A stretch of 64,000 nucleotides of DNA from an uncultured Thermoleophilaceae bacterium (GCA_963778615.1 CAVZVD010000011.1:189915-253914); one strand, 5' to 3'. Shown: positions 1 to 8,487, counted from the stretch's first letter. The notes: generated by a model from the sequence alone, not told the origin. Numbers and translations are program-made.

Positions 1-1966
1 CCTCACGTGCGCCGACTTCGGATATCGACGGCGGCGCGGGGTCGGTCGTGAAGGTCTGCTCAGCGGAAGTGGCACTGCCGCCGGCGAATTCCCTGGTGGC
101 GACCAGGCGCACCCGGTACTGCGTGTTCGGCTCCAGGGGCGGGTTCGGCGCCAGCCCGATCGGTTCGCTCACCGGCTGGTCGGCGGTGCCGTCGGGGACA
201 GGCTCATCGCTAGCGGGCACCCGGGTCCAGGTTGCGGTTCCTTCCTCGCGGTACTCGAAGCGGTAGCGGGTCTCCACCGCTGCGCCGTTCGGGTCGACGG
301 TGCCATTGAGCGTCGCGCTTGTGGCCGTCACGTTCGTCACGGCGCCGATCGTGACCGCCGGCGGCGTAACCAACCCGAGGACGAATACACGTTGGTTGGT
401 GCTGGTGGAGAGATAGAGCCGGCCCGTCGAGCCGCGAACGGCCAGCCCGTTGGTGACGGGCAGGCCGGCGCCCACGGCGTGCGTGTCGAGTCGGCTGCCG
501 CCCAGGTCGAGCTCGAGGACCTGCCGCTCTACGGGCGAGCCGGCCGCCTTTGTGACGAGGACGTGGTCGTTGGAGGGATCCACCGCGACGTCGGTCGGCG
601 CGGTGCCGGCACTGGTCCCAGAGACGTGTGCGGGGGCGAAGACGCCGCTGGAGCTCGCCGTTGGGCTGAACTTCTGCACTCGGAAGTTGCCGGCGCTCTC
701 GACCGTGTAGGAACTGCCGCTCGAGTCCACCGCAACGCGAGTGGGCTGGTTGTTGGCGAACTGGCCGGGGGCGGAACCGCTGACCGCGGCGATCTTGCAA
801 TCCGCCACCACGGTGCACACCTCGAAGGCGCTGCCGCCCTGAGTCGGCGTCGCGACCGTGACGGACGTGGTACCGCCGGTGAGGCCGGACGCGCTACCCG
901 TCATCTGCGCCACGTCTGTATCGGCGCGCGCCCCTGAGAACTCCACGGTCCACGGACCGCCGGCGTCCCCGGTGACGCTGACGTCACCGGGATCGAGGTT
1001 CGACAGGCCCTCGAGGGCCGCCTGCACCGCCGCGGCTGTGGCGTCGAAGGCGATCGGGGGGTTTGTCGTCTGACCGCTGAAAGTCAGCGTGAAGGTCCCT
1101 CCGGTCGCGACGACGGTCACCGTCTGCCGTTCGTTCACCGGGATGTTTCCGGTCCCGCCGGGCCTTACGACATCGAATCCCCAGGCGCGCACGAAGGCGC
1201 CCGCGGAGGTGAACTCCTGCACCCGCCGGTTGCCCGGATCGGCGACGACCAGGTTGCGGTTGACCGGATTGACGGCGACGTGGCCGGAGAACGTGCTGGC
1301 GAACGCGCCGCCAGTGGCCCCGGACACCCCCTGCTTGCAGCTGGCCGTGCAGACCTCGAAGTCGGTCCCACCGTCGTCGATGACTTGGTCGACGGTATCC
1401 ACGTCCTTGCCGAGGGCGTAGATGAAGTTGCCGTCCTTGTCGAACTTCTGGACCCGCAGGTTGCCCTGGTCAGTCACATACACGGAACCGTCGACCTGGT
1501 CCACCGCAATGCCCTGCGGAGTGCTGAGCTCACCAGCCGGACCGTCGGGAGGGCTGGGAGGCCCGGGAGGCGCGGTCGTGCCAATCTTGCAGGTCATCGC
1601 CACGATGCAGATCTCGAAGTCGGTGGTACCGCCGGTGATCACGTCGCGCCCCCAAGCGCTCACGAAGCCCGAAGTGTTGAAGCGCTGGACCCGGTGATTG
1701 GTCGAGTCGACTACGTAGATGTCGTCGGTCGATTGCCGGACCGCGACGCCGCGGGGCGCGTTGAACTGCCCCCCCTGGGTGCCGGTGGAGCCGAAGTAGT
1801 CGACGACGCCCTTTGGAGCGGCCTGCGCCATGGCAGCGCCGAGGGTGAGAACGAGCGCGCTGGCGACCAGCAATGCGGTCACCGCACGACCCGGCATGCG
1901 CCGTCGCCGAGCGACCGACCGCTCCTCGCGCGCCCTACCGCACTGCTTCGCGAGCGACCTTCTCAT
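1..1966 (-). CDS. Secreted NHL-repeat protein with Ig/FN3-like C-terminal repeats (partial; 3' end lies beyond the window start)
   Basis: Absent from the ORF track because it has no stop inside the window. My reverse-strand translation from ATG 1966 (GGAGG upstream; alternative in-frame ATG 1897) gives MRRSLAK...MPGRAVTALLVASALVLTLGAAMAQA (signal peptide). NHL-type repeats follow (YVVDSTNHRVQRFNTSG, VYVTDQGNLRVQKFDKDGNF). Near the edge it reads PPAVTIGAVTNVTATSATLNGTVDPNG. No listed minus-strand ORFs occupy this frame, consistent with one long open frame. Confidence 0.8.
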   Translation of the reverse strand, partial: MRRSLAKQCGRAREERSVARRRRMPGRAVTALLVASALVLTLGAAMAQAAPKGVVDYFGSTGTQGGQFNAPRGVAVRQSTDDIYVVDSTNHRVQRFNTSGFVSAWGRDVITGGTTDFEICIVAMTCKIGTTAPPGPPSPPDGPAGELSTPQGIAVDQVDGSVYVTDQGNLRVQKFDKDGNFIYALGKDVDTVDQVIDDGGTDFEVCTASCKQGVSGATGGAFASTFSGHVAVNPVNRNLVVADPGNRRVQEFTSAGAFVRAWGFDVVRPGGTGNIPVNERQTVTVVATGGTFTLTFSGQTTNPPIAFDATAAAVQAALEGLSNLDPGDVSVTGDAGGPWTVEFSGARADTDVAQMTGSASGLTGGTTSVTVATPTQGGSAFEVCTVVADCKIAAVSGSAPGQFANNQPTRVAVDSSGSSYTVESAGNFRVQKFSPTASSSGVFAPAHVSGTSAGTAPTDVAVDPSNDHVLVTKAAGSPVERQVLELDLGGSRLDTHAVGAGLPVTNGLAVRGSTGRLYLSTSTNQRVFVLGLVTPPAVTIGAVTNVTATSATLNGTVDPNGAAVETRYRFEYREEGTATWTRVPASDEPVPDGTADQPVSEPIGLAPNPPLEPNTQYRVRLVATREFAGGSATSAEQTFTTDPAPPSISEVGARE

Positions 1967-2311
1967 CTACGCTTCCCTCCTCCGCTGCGACCGGGGCCCG
2001 GCGCCGCGATGCGATCTGCCAATTGCCAAGCGCTTCAGCCGGGTCCACTCCCACCGGGACCTTATGGGCAGTCGCAGCGATTGTCAAACACGACTGTTCC
2101 TTGATGGCGTGGTGGGCAAACCATGCCCCCCCGCCAGGGCCACACGCGCGCGTTCCTGGAACGCGGTCTTTGCAACTGAACGACCCGACGGACGGTGCGC
2201 ACGGACGCGGACAGAGCTGCCTGGCGTCGACCGTCGGCCCTTTCGCCCTTACGACTGATCTGACCCTTTACCTGAGGATGAGTTTGTTGCTCGCGCTATC
2301 GGTGGGTCGGC

Positions 2312-2929
2312 CTAGGGGTCGAAGGTGACAGGCGCGTCGAGGTTGTAGACCGCGGCGAGGCCGGCGGTCCCGCTGGGAACCGGTCCGCAGAGGCTGTTGT
2401 TGTTCGACACGTGGATGTCCACGTCGGCGTTGATGGCCTCGCTGCCGCCGCTGCCCTCATTGAGAAGATCCGCGTCGTTCGAGCCACCGGGCAGGGGCAG
2501 ATCCTGTGGCGCGATCGTGATCGCACAGATGCCGCCCATCGCCAGCCGGCATTCGAAGCCCTCGTGGAGCTCGTCAACAACGCCCTGATTCGTGTCACCG
2601 TCCGTCGCCTCGAGCTCAGCGAACTCGCCGTCGTTGCACTCGATCGTGGCGCTCAGCCCGAGGGGCTGTTGGCTGCACGGCTCCTGAAACTCGATGTCAA
2701 CCAAGACGACGTGCGAGTCAGTCCCCGTCGTGCCGATCGCGGTACTGCTGTCGCAAGTCCAGACCCGGGTCCCATAGTTGAACGTGGGATTGTCCGCCGT
2801 GGCCGTGATCTGCGTGTCGCCGGGGCTGATCGAGACAGCCTGTGCGCCGCCGGCGGCCATTGTGGCGATCACAAGCGCACCGGCGGCCACGGCACCTGCC
2901 TTCGAGAGAGTCCTTGTCAGTCGGTCCAT
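2312..2929 (-). CDS. Secreted cysteine-containing protein of unknown function (tandem paralog A)
   Basis: ORF track 2312..2929 (205 aa). GGGAGGAAG lies just upstream of the ATG. Signal peptide ...AAGGAQA/VSISP. No family recognised. Clearly paralogous to the next gene. Confidence 0.8.
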   Translation of the reverse strand: MDRLTRTLSKAGAVAAGALVIATMAAGGAQAVSISPGDTQITATADNPTFNYGTRVWTCDSSTAIGTTGTDSHVVLVDIEFQEPCSQQPLGLSATIECNDGEFAELEATDGDTNQGVVDELHEGFECRLAMGGICAITIAPQDLPLPGGSNDADLLNEGSGGSEAINADVDIHVSNNNSLCGPVPSGTAGLAAVYNLDAPVTFDP

Positions 2930-3012
2930 TTCTTCCTCCCACGTGTCCCGAACGAACGAGGGGCCGGCGTGCGCCGGCCCCTCGTGCTACTGCTCGTTTG
3001 CAGCTCGCCGGC

Positions 3013-3618
3013 CTACGGCAAGAACTCGATGGCCGTGTCGAGGTTGTACACCCCAGCGAAGCCGCCTACCCCGCTCGGCACCGGGCCGCAGAGGCTGTTG
3101 TTGTTCGTCACAGTGACGTCCACGTCGGCGTTGATGGCCTCACTGCCGCCGCTGCCCTCATTCAGAAGGTCCGCGTCGTTCGTGCCACCGGAAAGGGGCA
3201 GATCCTGCGGACCGACGTTGAGTGTGCAGACACCGAGTGCCACAACCTGGCACTGGAAGCCCTCGTGGAGCTCGTCGACGATGCCCTGATCCGTGTTCCC
3301 GTCCGTCGCCTCGAGCTCCGTGAACTCGCCGTCAGCGCACTCGGCCGTGGCGTCCAGGCCGACCGGCTGGATGCTGCAGGGCTCCTGGAACTCGATGTCG
3401 ACGAAGACGACCGGTGAGCCGACGCCCGTCGTGCCGGTCGCGGTTCCCGTGTCGCACGCGACGATCCGGGACCCGTAGTTCAGCGTCGGATTGTCCGCCG
3501 TGCCCGTGATCGTCGTGCTGTCCGGGCTGATCGAAACAGCCTGGGCGCCCGCGGCGAACGCGGCACAGGTGACCAGCGCGACCGCAAACAGGAGACCAAA
3601 CTTAGAAGCCTTCTTCAT
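3013..3618 (-). CDS. Secreted cysteine-containing protein of unknown function (tandem paralog B)
   Basis: Lies within ORF 3013..3753. Internal ATG 3618, preceded by GGAAGG, gives MKKASKFGLLFAVALVTCAAFAAGAQA/VSISP. The mature part aligns along its full length with paralog A, including six conserved Cys and the block LLNEGSGGSEAINADVD. Confidence 0.8.
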   Translation of the reverse strand: MKKASKFGLLFAVALVTCAAFAAGAQAVSISPDSTTITGTADNPTLNYGSRIVACDTGTATGTTGVGSPVVFVDIEFQEPCSIQPVGLDATAECADGEFTELEATDGNTDQGIVDELHEGFQCQVVALGVCTLNVGPQDLPLSGGTNDADLLNEGSGGSEAINADVDVTVTNNNSLCGPVPSGVGGFAGVYNLDTAIEFLP

Positions 3619-3916
3619 CTCTCGACCTTCCTCTCTCTCCCAGGCGGCATCTGTCGCCCGAGGTCTCTTCCACGTCCAAACTCCTCCGTCGAAATCCTTC
3701 GTGGGTTCCTCCCTTCGGCGGACTCGGCACGCCTCGCAATGTCCCTTCTGCAACGAGTCATCGACTACCCGAGAGGACGTTTACCCCGGACAGCCCCGTT
3801 TCCAAACGGGTTGTAGACCGAAACCATCTGGGGCATGTGTCGTACGGCAATGGCCGTAGGCCCCGGGAGCCGCGCCTCGGCGCGGTAGAACCGGCAGCGG
3901 GCTGAACAGCGATGTC

Positions 3917-3922
3917 TATAAT
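3917..3922 (+). promoter_or_regulatory. Candidate -10 hexamer (TATAAT) for a leaderless or short-leader transcript of the downstream lipoprotein gene
   Basis: A perfect TATAAT in a GC-rich background, 9 nt upstream of ATG 3932. No Shine-Dalgarno in the spacer. Confidence 0.35.
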
Positions 3923-3931
3923 GCCGCGCGG

Positions 3932-4993
3932 ATGAGGCGGATCGCCCTCCTGATGCTCGCCGCAGCGGCTCTCACAGGCATCGCGACTGCGTCCGGTTGC
4001 GGTGGGGACGACGACGGACTGCCCGACGACGCGGTGGCCAAGGTAGGCGATGCCGTGATCACAAAGGCCGACTACGAGGAGGCCCTGCGCTTCGCCACGG
4101 GGCGCGACACCGATCCGCGCGACTATGCCGCCTGCGCTGAGGCCAAGGGGAAGGCCACCCTCGACCAAGCCGGGAACCGGTCGAGCAAGACGGAGCTCGA
4201 GGCTCAGTGCCGCGAGGAGTACGAACAGGTCAAGAGCAACGCCATGGACTACTTGATCAAGTCGGAGTGGACGCGACAGGAAGCGGACGCTCGGGGCATC
4301 GTCGTCACGGATGCGCGGGTCGAACAGGTTCTCGACCGGGCACAGAAGTTCGGCCTGCTCGACGCGGACACCGCCAGGAGGGCGGGCATCAGTGAAGAGA
4401 ACCTCCTCGGCCGCGTCCGGTACAACCAGCTTCAGGCCAAGGTCAGCCAGCAGATGAGGGACGAGGCGGAGATCTCCGACGAGGACATCGCGGACTACTA
4501 CCGCCGTAACGAGTCCGAGTTCGTCGTCCCCTACCGCCGGCGGGCACGCGTCGTGATCACCCGGACTCGGGCACCGGCGCAGGCAGCCAAGGCGGAGCTG
4601 TCAGGCGGTCGAAGCTGGGCGAGCGTCGCCAGGGAGTACTCGGTGCACTTCTCCCGCACCGACGGCGGCAGGATCAGCGCGACCTGGAAGCGGCCGGACC
4701 GGGCCGGATTCGGGGCCGCCCTGTTCCAGGCCCCGACGGGCAAGCTCACCGGCCCGGTCAAGAAGGGCGACACCTGGGCGGTGTTCGAGGCCGCCAGGTT
4801 GGAACGCTCTCGTCGGGCGACTCTCGATGAGGTGCGGGCCGAGGTCACTCGGCGGCTGCAAGCCAAGCGTCAGAAGCAGGCACTCGCGGCCTACGCCGAG
4901 AGGTATAGGGCCAAGACCACCTGCGCACCTGGCTTCAAGGTCCCCGCCTGCGAGAACGGCCCTGGGCAGACCGCCACAGAGCCGAGCGCCTGA
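3932..4993 (+). CDS. Putative lipoprotein, SurA/PpiC (parvulin)-like peptidyl-prolyl isomerase or chaperone
   Basis: ORF 3932..4993 (353 aa). MRRIALLMLAAAALTGIATASGC is a lipobox-like signal. The SurA-like N-domain plus parvulin-like C-terminal region is my recognition only; catalytic motifs are weakly conserved. Confidence 0.7.
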   Translation: MRRIALLMLAAAALTGIATASGCGGDDDGLPDDAVAKVGDAVITKADYEEALRFATGRDTDPRDYAACAEAKGKATLDQAGNRSSKTELEAQCREEYEQVKSNAMDYLIKSEWTRQEADARGIVVTDARVEQVLDRAQKFGLLDADTARRAGISEENLLGRVRYNQLQAKVSQQMRDEAEISDEDIADYYRRNESEFVVPYRRRARVVITRTRAPAQAAKAELSGGRSWASVAREYSVHFSRTDGGRISATWKRPDRAGFGAALFQAPTGKLTGPVKKGDTWAVFEAARLERSRRATLDEVRAEVTRRLQAKRQKQALAAYAERYRAKTTCAPGFKVPACENGPGQTATEPSA

Positions 4994-5034
4994 GGCGTCG
5001 GCTCATCCCGGGCGGCCGGGCCGTAGCCGCCGCC

Positions 5035-5703
5035 TCAACCGGTTCCGGTCGACTCCTTCGGAGGCGGGGAGTGCAGGCCTCGCCGATACGCGATCGAGAC
5101 GGCCTCCGCGCGGCTCCGGGCGGGCAGCTTCAGGAGGATGTGCTCGATGTGCTTGCCGACAGTCCTTGGCGAGACGAAGAGCCTCTTGGCGATCGCCTCC
5201 TGGTCGTCGCCGTCTGCCAGCAGCTGCAGCACCTCGAGCTCGCGCTGTGTGAGCCCGGCTTGAACCGCCGGTGCCTTCAGGTGCTCGTAGGCGCTCGTGC
5301 GGCGCGCGAGCCCCCTGGCCCGGGCGACCAGCTCGTCCGCGGCGAGAGGCTTGCCCAGGTAGTCGTCCGCCCCGATCATCAGTCCCGCGACCCGGTCGGA
5401 GGACTCATTCCGGTCGCGCGAGACGAAGATGACGCCCACGGCGTCGCCGAACTGGTCCTTCAGCGAGCGGCAGACCTCGTAGCCCGAGATGTCGCTCAGC
5501 CGCACCTCGAGCACCACGAGGTTGGGCCGCTCGCGGCGAGCCTCCTCGAGCGCCTCCTCGCCAGATTCGATGACCTTCACGCGGAAGCCGGCCCGCTCCA
5601 GCATCGCGGCCACTTCGCGACGCTGTTCGCCGTCCGGGTCCACGACCAGAACCGGCGCTTCGCCCAGACCCGCTGCGGCGCCGTTGGCGTCCTGCCCAGC
5701 CAT
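5035..5703 (-). CDS. NarL/LuxR-family response regulator, atypical (Glu at the phospho-acceptor position), orphan
   Basis: ORF 5035..5703 (222 aa). Receiver domain plus LuxR HTH (LTQRELEVLQLLADGDDQEAIAKRLFVSPRTVGKHIEHILLKL). PNLVVLEVRLSD aligns with the NarL PDLILLDLNMPG segment, placing E66 (codon 5506-5508, GAG) where the phosphorylated Asp normally sits. Confidence 0.9.
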   Translation of the reverse strand: MAGQDANGAAAGLGEAPVLVVDPDGEQRREVAAMLERAGFRVKVIESGEEALEEARRERPNLVVLEVRLSDISGYEVCRSLKDQFGDAVGVIFVSRDRNESSDRVAGLMIGADDYLGKPLAADELVARARGLARRTSAYEHLKAPAVQAGLTQRELEVLQLLADGDDQEAIAKRLFVSPRTVGKHIEHILLKLPARSRAEAVSIAYRRGLHSPPPKESTGTG

Positions 5704-5886
5704 ACTCCTCCCAGTCCGCGGTAAACGTAAATGTGTCTACTGGACGGCGAGAGACTACATGGTCCGCCAGAGCGCCACAAGAGCGGTCTGGGTTGGTCTG
5801 GGCTTTCGTGGAGGTTCCATGCCGAAGGCTCGCCAGGTGCACCAAATCCGTCGGAAACGCACTTGGCTCCAAGCCGGTTTCGGAGT

Positions 5887-6504
5887 ATGCTCGCGTACCC
5901 CTTGGCTGACAGCGACACCCAGCGACGGCGGCCGCCCGAGGCGCACCGCCGCCGTGCCGTGGCCGCCATGGCCGAGGCGGTCGGCGAGCACGGCTACGCC
6001 GGCACCACGGTCGAGGACGTCCTCAGCCGGGCGCGCATGTCCCGGCGCACCTTCTACCAGTTCTTCAGCAACCGGGAGGAGTGCTTCCTTGCTGCCTACG
6101 ACACGGCCCGCGATGAGGCCATGGAGCGGCTCGCCCTCGCCCACAACGGCAACGGGCGGCGCTGGCCAGGGCAGGTGGAGGTGGCGCTGGCGGCTCTGTT
6201 CGAGTACCTGGCCTCCGAGCCGGGCCTTGCGCGGGTGTGGCTCGTGGAGGCCCCGTCGCTCGGCCCCGCCGGGATCGAGCGGCACGAGCGCACGATGAGG
6301 CAGCTGGCCGAGCGGCTCGCGGGGCTGCACCCCGGCGGGCCTGCGGCGGGCGCCAACGGTCACCCGGCGGTCCGGTTCGAGGCGAGCGTGGGCGCGGTTC
6401 ACCGTGTTCTGCAGGCGCGGGTGCTCGCCGGACGGGCAGACGAGCTGCCCGAGCTCGCCCCTCACATGGCGCGCGTCGTGCGCGGCCTCGTCAGCCCGGG
6501 CTAG
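5887..6504 (+). CDS. TetR-family transcriptional regulator
   Basis: C-terminal 205 aa of ORF 5731..6504, starting at internal ATG 5887. TetR_N-like HTH GYAGTTVEDVLSRARMSRRTFYQFFSNREECFLAAY. Confidence 0.8.
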   Translation: MLAYPLADSDTQRRRPPEAHRRRAVAAMAEAVGEHGYAGTTVEDVLSRARMSRRTFYQFFSNREECFLAAYDTARDEAMERLALAHNGNGRRWPGQVEVALAALFEYLASEPGLARVWLVEAPSLGPAGIERHERTMRQLAERLAGLHPGGPAAGANGHPAVRFEASVGAVHRVLQARVLAGRADELPELAPHMARVVRGLVSPG

Positions 6505-7097
6505 GACGGCGCCGGCACGTAGCCGGCGATCAGGTCGTCGATCCGCGCTCGCATGGAGTCGAGATCGCAGCGCTCGCCGGTCATCTGGGCGCTCACGGCG
6601 TTGTGCGCCGCGCCGGTGACGAGCTCGAGGTGCAGCCGCGACGCCTCCCCCGCCCCGCGCCCGCGCTCCTCACTGAGGACGGTCACGAAGCGCTGCCGCG
6701 ACTCGATATGCCGCTCGCGCAGCCTCGGGATGGTGCTCCGCGGCACCTCCGCGAAGCAGAAGCGCGCCAGCTGGGGGCGCCGCGCGAAAGCGGACATCGT
6801 CCCCTCCACCGCGGCCTGAAGCCGCTCCTGCCACCCGCCGGCGCCCTGGAGCCCCTCGCGGAAGGTCCGCTCGAGCTGGCGAGCCCCCTCCTCGTAGGCG
6901 GCCACGAGGCACTCGTCCGCGTCGCGGTAGTGCCGCTCGAAGCCGTCGAGCGTCAGCCCGGCGCGGTCCGCGATCTCGTCGGCGGTGACCGTCTCGATGC
7001 CGCGCTCCGCCGCGAGGCGCACCGCGGCCCGGCGAAGGCCGGCGCATGCGGTGCATCTGAAGGCGACACAACGGGCGATGTCTTCATCCCACCACAT
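6501..7097 (-). CDS. Atypical TetR-like regulator with N-terminal CxxC
   Basis: Part of ORF 6501..7367; the upstream portion of that ORF is antisense to the next gene. ATG 7097 gives MWWDEDIARCVAFRCTACAGLRRAAVRLAAERGIETVTADEIADRAGLTLDGFERHYRDADECLVAAY (TetR-like HTH). The start is uncertain. Confidence 0.65.
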   Translation of the reverse strand: MWWDEDIARCVAFRCTACAGLRRAAVRLAAERGIETVTADEIADRAGLTLDGFERHYRDADECLVAAYEEGARQLERTFREGLQGAGGWQERLQAAVEGTMSAFARRPQLARFCFAEVPRSTIPRLRERHIESRQRFVTVLSEERGRGAGEASRLHLELVTGAAHNAVSAQMTGERCDLDSMRARIDDLIAGYVPAPS

Positions 7098-7107
7098 CCC
7101 GCGCCAA

Positions 7108-7123
7108 GAGACAAACAAGTCTC
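7108..7123. promoter_or_regulatory. Candidate operator: inverted repeat GAGAC-N6-GTCTC in an AT-rich divergent intergenic region
   Basis: GAGACAAACAAGTCTC lies in the 75-bp spacer between divergent TetR-like genes (7097 and 7173). A related sequence occurs in the paralogous spacer at 9910-9925. Confidence 0.3.
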
Positions 7124-7172
7124 CAAATCTCCGCTGGATTTCAGCCACGCCGGTAGGTATGGTCGGCACACC

Positions 7173-7829
7173 TTGGCAAGCCGGCGCGAGTCTCATCAGC
7201 TCCCCCCAGGGCGTCACGGACTGTCGCGGAGCTTCGTGATCCAGAACCAGCGCGAGCGCATGCTCGCGGCGGTCGCGGACGTGGCGAGCGCGGCGAGCTA
7301 CAACGAGATGAGCGTCGAGGACATCATCGTCACGGCCGGAGTGTCGCGGCGGACGTTCTACGAGCACTTCAAGAACAAGGACGATGCCTTCCTCGCCGCC
7401 TACGAGGAGGCTTCCGGCCGGCTGCTGGCGGCGGTGCGCGCCGGCTACGAGTCGCGCGAGGGCTTCGCGGACCGGGTGAGCGCCGGCATCGAGATGTTCT
7501 TGATGCTGCTGGCGGCCGATCCGGCCTTCGCCCGCATGTGCATCGTCGAGGTGATGGCCGCGGGGCCGGAGGCGGTGCAGCGGCGCAACGAGGCCATGCA
7601 GGCCTTCGCGGCGATGATCGAGGAGAACGCGCAGGCGTACCTCGACGAGCCTTCCCCCTCCGACCTCACCGCCGAGACCGTCGTCGGCGGCATCTACGAC
7701 GTCATCTACACGCGGATCCAGCGCGGCGAGATCCGCCAGCTACCGGAGCTGGCGCCCGATCTCGCGCAGTCGGCGCTGCTGCACTACCTCGGGCCCGAGG
7801 GCGTCGAGGCCGCCGCGCCGGCGGCCTGA
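7173..7829 (+). CDS. TetR-family transcriptional regulator
   Basis: C-terminal ~218 aa of ORF 6237..7829. In-frame TTG 7173 gives (M)ASRRESHQLPPGRHGLSRSFVIQNQRERMLAAVADVASAASYNEMSVEDIIVTAGVSRRTFYEHFKNK. Close paralog of 9986..10690. The start is uncertain. Confidence 0.8.
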   Translation: MASRRESHQLPPGRHGLSRSFVIQNQRERMLAAVADVASAASYNEMSVEDIIVTAGVSRRTFYEHFKNKDDAFLAAYEEASGRLLAAVRAGYESREGFADRVSAGIEMFLMLLAADPAFARMCIVEVMAAGPEAVQRRNEAMQAFAAMIEENAQAYLDEPSPSDLTAETVVGGIYDVIYTRIQRGEIRQLPELAPDLAQSALLHYLGPEGVEAAAPAA

Positions 7830-7844
7830 GCGCCGAAGAGGCGA

Positions 7845-8253
7845 TCACACGTCGAGATGGGTCAGCACGTCGACACGGGCATGCCGGCGCGCCGCACGGG
7901 CGAGGCGCAAGTCGGTGGTGAGAAGCGGCTGCGCCGTCGCCTCGGCAAGCGCTACGAAGATGCCGTCGTCAGTTGTGAGGTTGTCGCGTAGTTGCCAGGC
8001 GCGGAGAAGAAGCGGTTCGATCTGGGTCTCCTCGACGCCGAGGTCCATGAAGTCGGCCAGCGCCGCCTCTGCGTTGCGCCGCGAGAGCGCACCGTCGGCA
8101 ACCTTTGCGCCGCATGACGCGACCGACCTCGATCCAGCAGGTTGCCGCGGCGCGAGCAAGGCCGGTTCGGGGTCGCAGCAGTGGCCCTTGCAACGCGCGC
8201 CCAGCCTCGGTGTCGAGAACGAGATCGAGGCAGGCAGAGCTGTCCAGCACCAT
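7845..8253 (-). pseudogene. vapC: PIN-domain toxin VapC, interrupted by at least one frameshift as assembled
   Basis: The N-terminus MVLDSSACLDLVLDTEAG... lies in ORF 7969..8253. The C-terminus ...VADGALSRRNAEAALADFMDLGVEETQIEPLLLRAWQLRDNLTTDDGIFVALAEATAQPLLTTDLRLARAA lies in ORF 7845..8159. The frame changes near 8100. This could be an assembly indel. Confidence 0.75.
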
Positions 8254-8487
8254 CAGCCGGCGCGGTCGCGCATGCGGCGCACGGCGTCCGCGAGTGGCTC
8301 ACTCAGCTCGGGGGTGTCCTCGCCTGCCAATGCGCTCGAACAGCTCCCGGCGCGACGGACGCGTAGCCACGCGGTCGAGCTCCTCACGAACGAGGTCCGA
8401 CAGCGACCGACCTTCACGCGCTGCGCGTGCCTTGAGGGCGCGATGGGTCTCGTCGCTGAGATTGCGGACCTGTAGGTTCTGGCTCAT
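8253..8487 (-). pseudogene. vapB: Ribbon-helix-helix antitoxin (VapB/FitA-like), frameshifted near its 3' end as assembled
   Basis: ATG 8487 gives MSQNLQVRNLSDETHRALKARAAREGRSLSDLVREELDRVATRPSRRELFERI. A +1 shift near 8325 restores AGEDTPELSEPLADAVRRMRDRAG* with its TGA overlapping the vapC ATG (TGATG). Confidence 0.7.

Noticed and set aside
210-2104. Listed ORFs inside the first 2 kb (210..818, 392..937, 1280..2104 and others)
   Set aside because: All are out of frame with, or antisense to, the long NHL-repeat ORF that runs off the window edge, and all have shadow-ORF composition.
6237-7172. N-terminal ~310 aa of the 530-aa ORF 6237..7829
   Set aside because: It overlaps the 3' end of one TetR gene and is antisense to another. 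Only the last ~218 aa look like a (TetR) protein.
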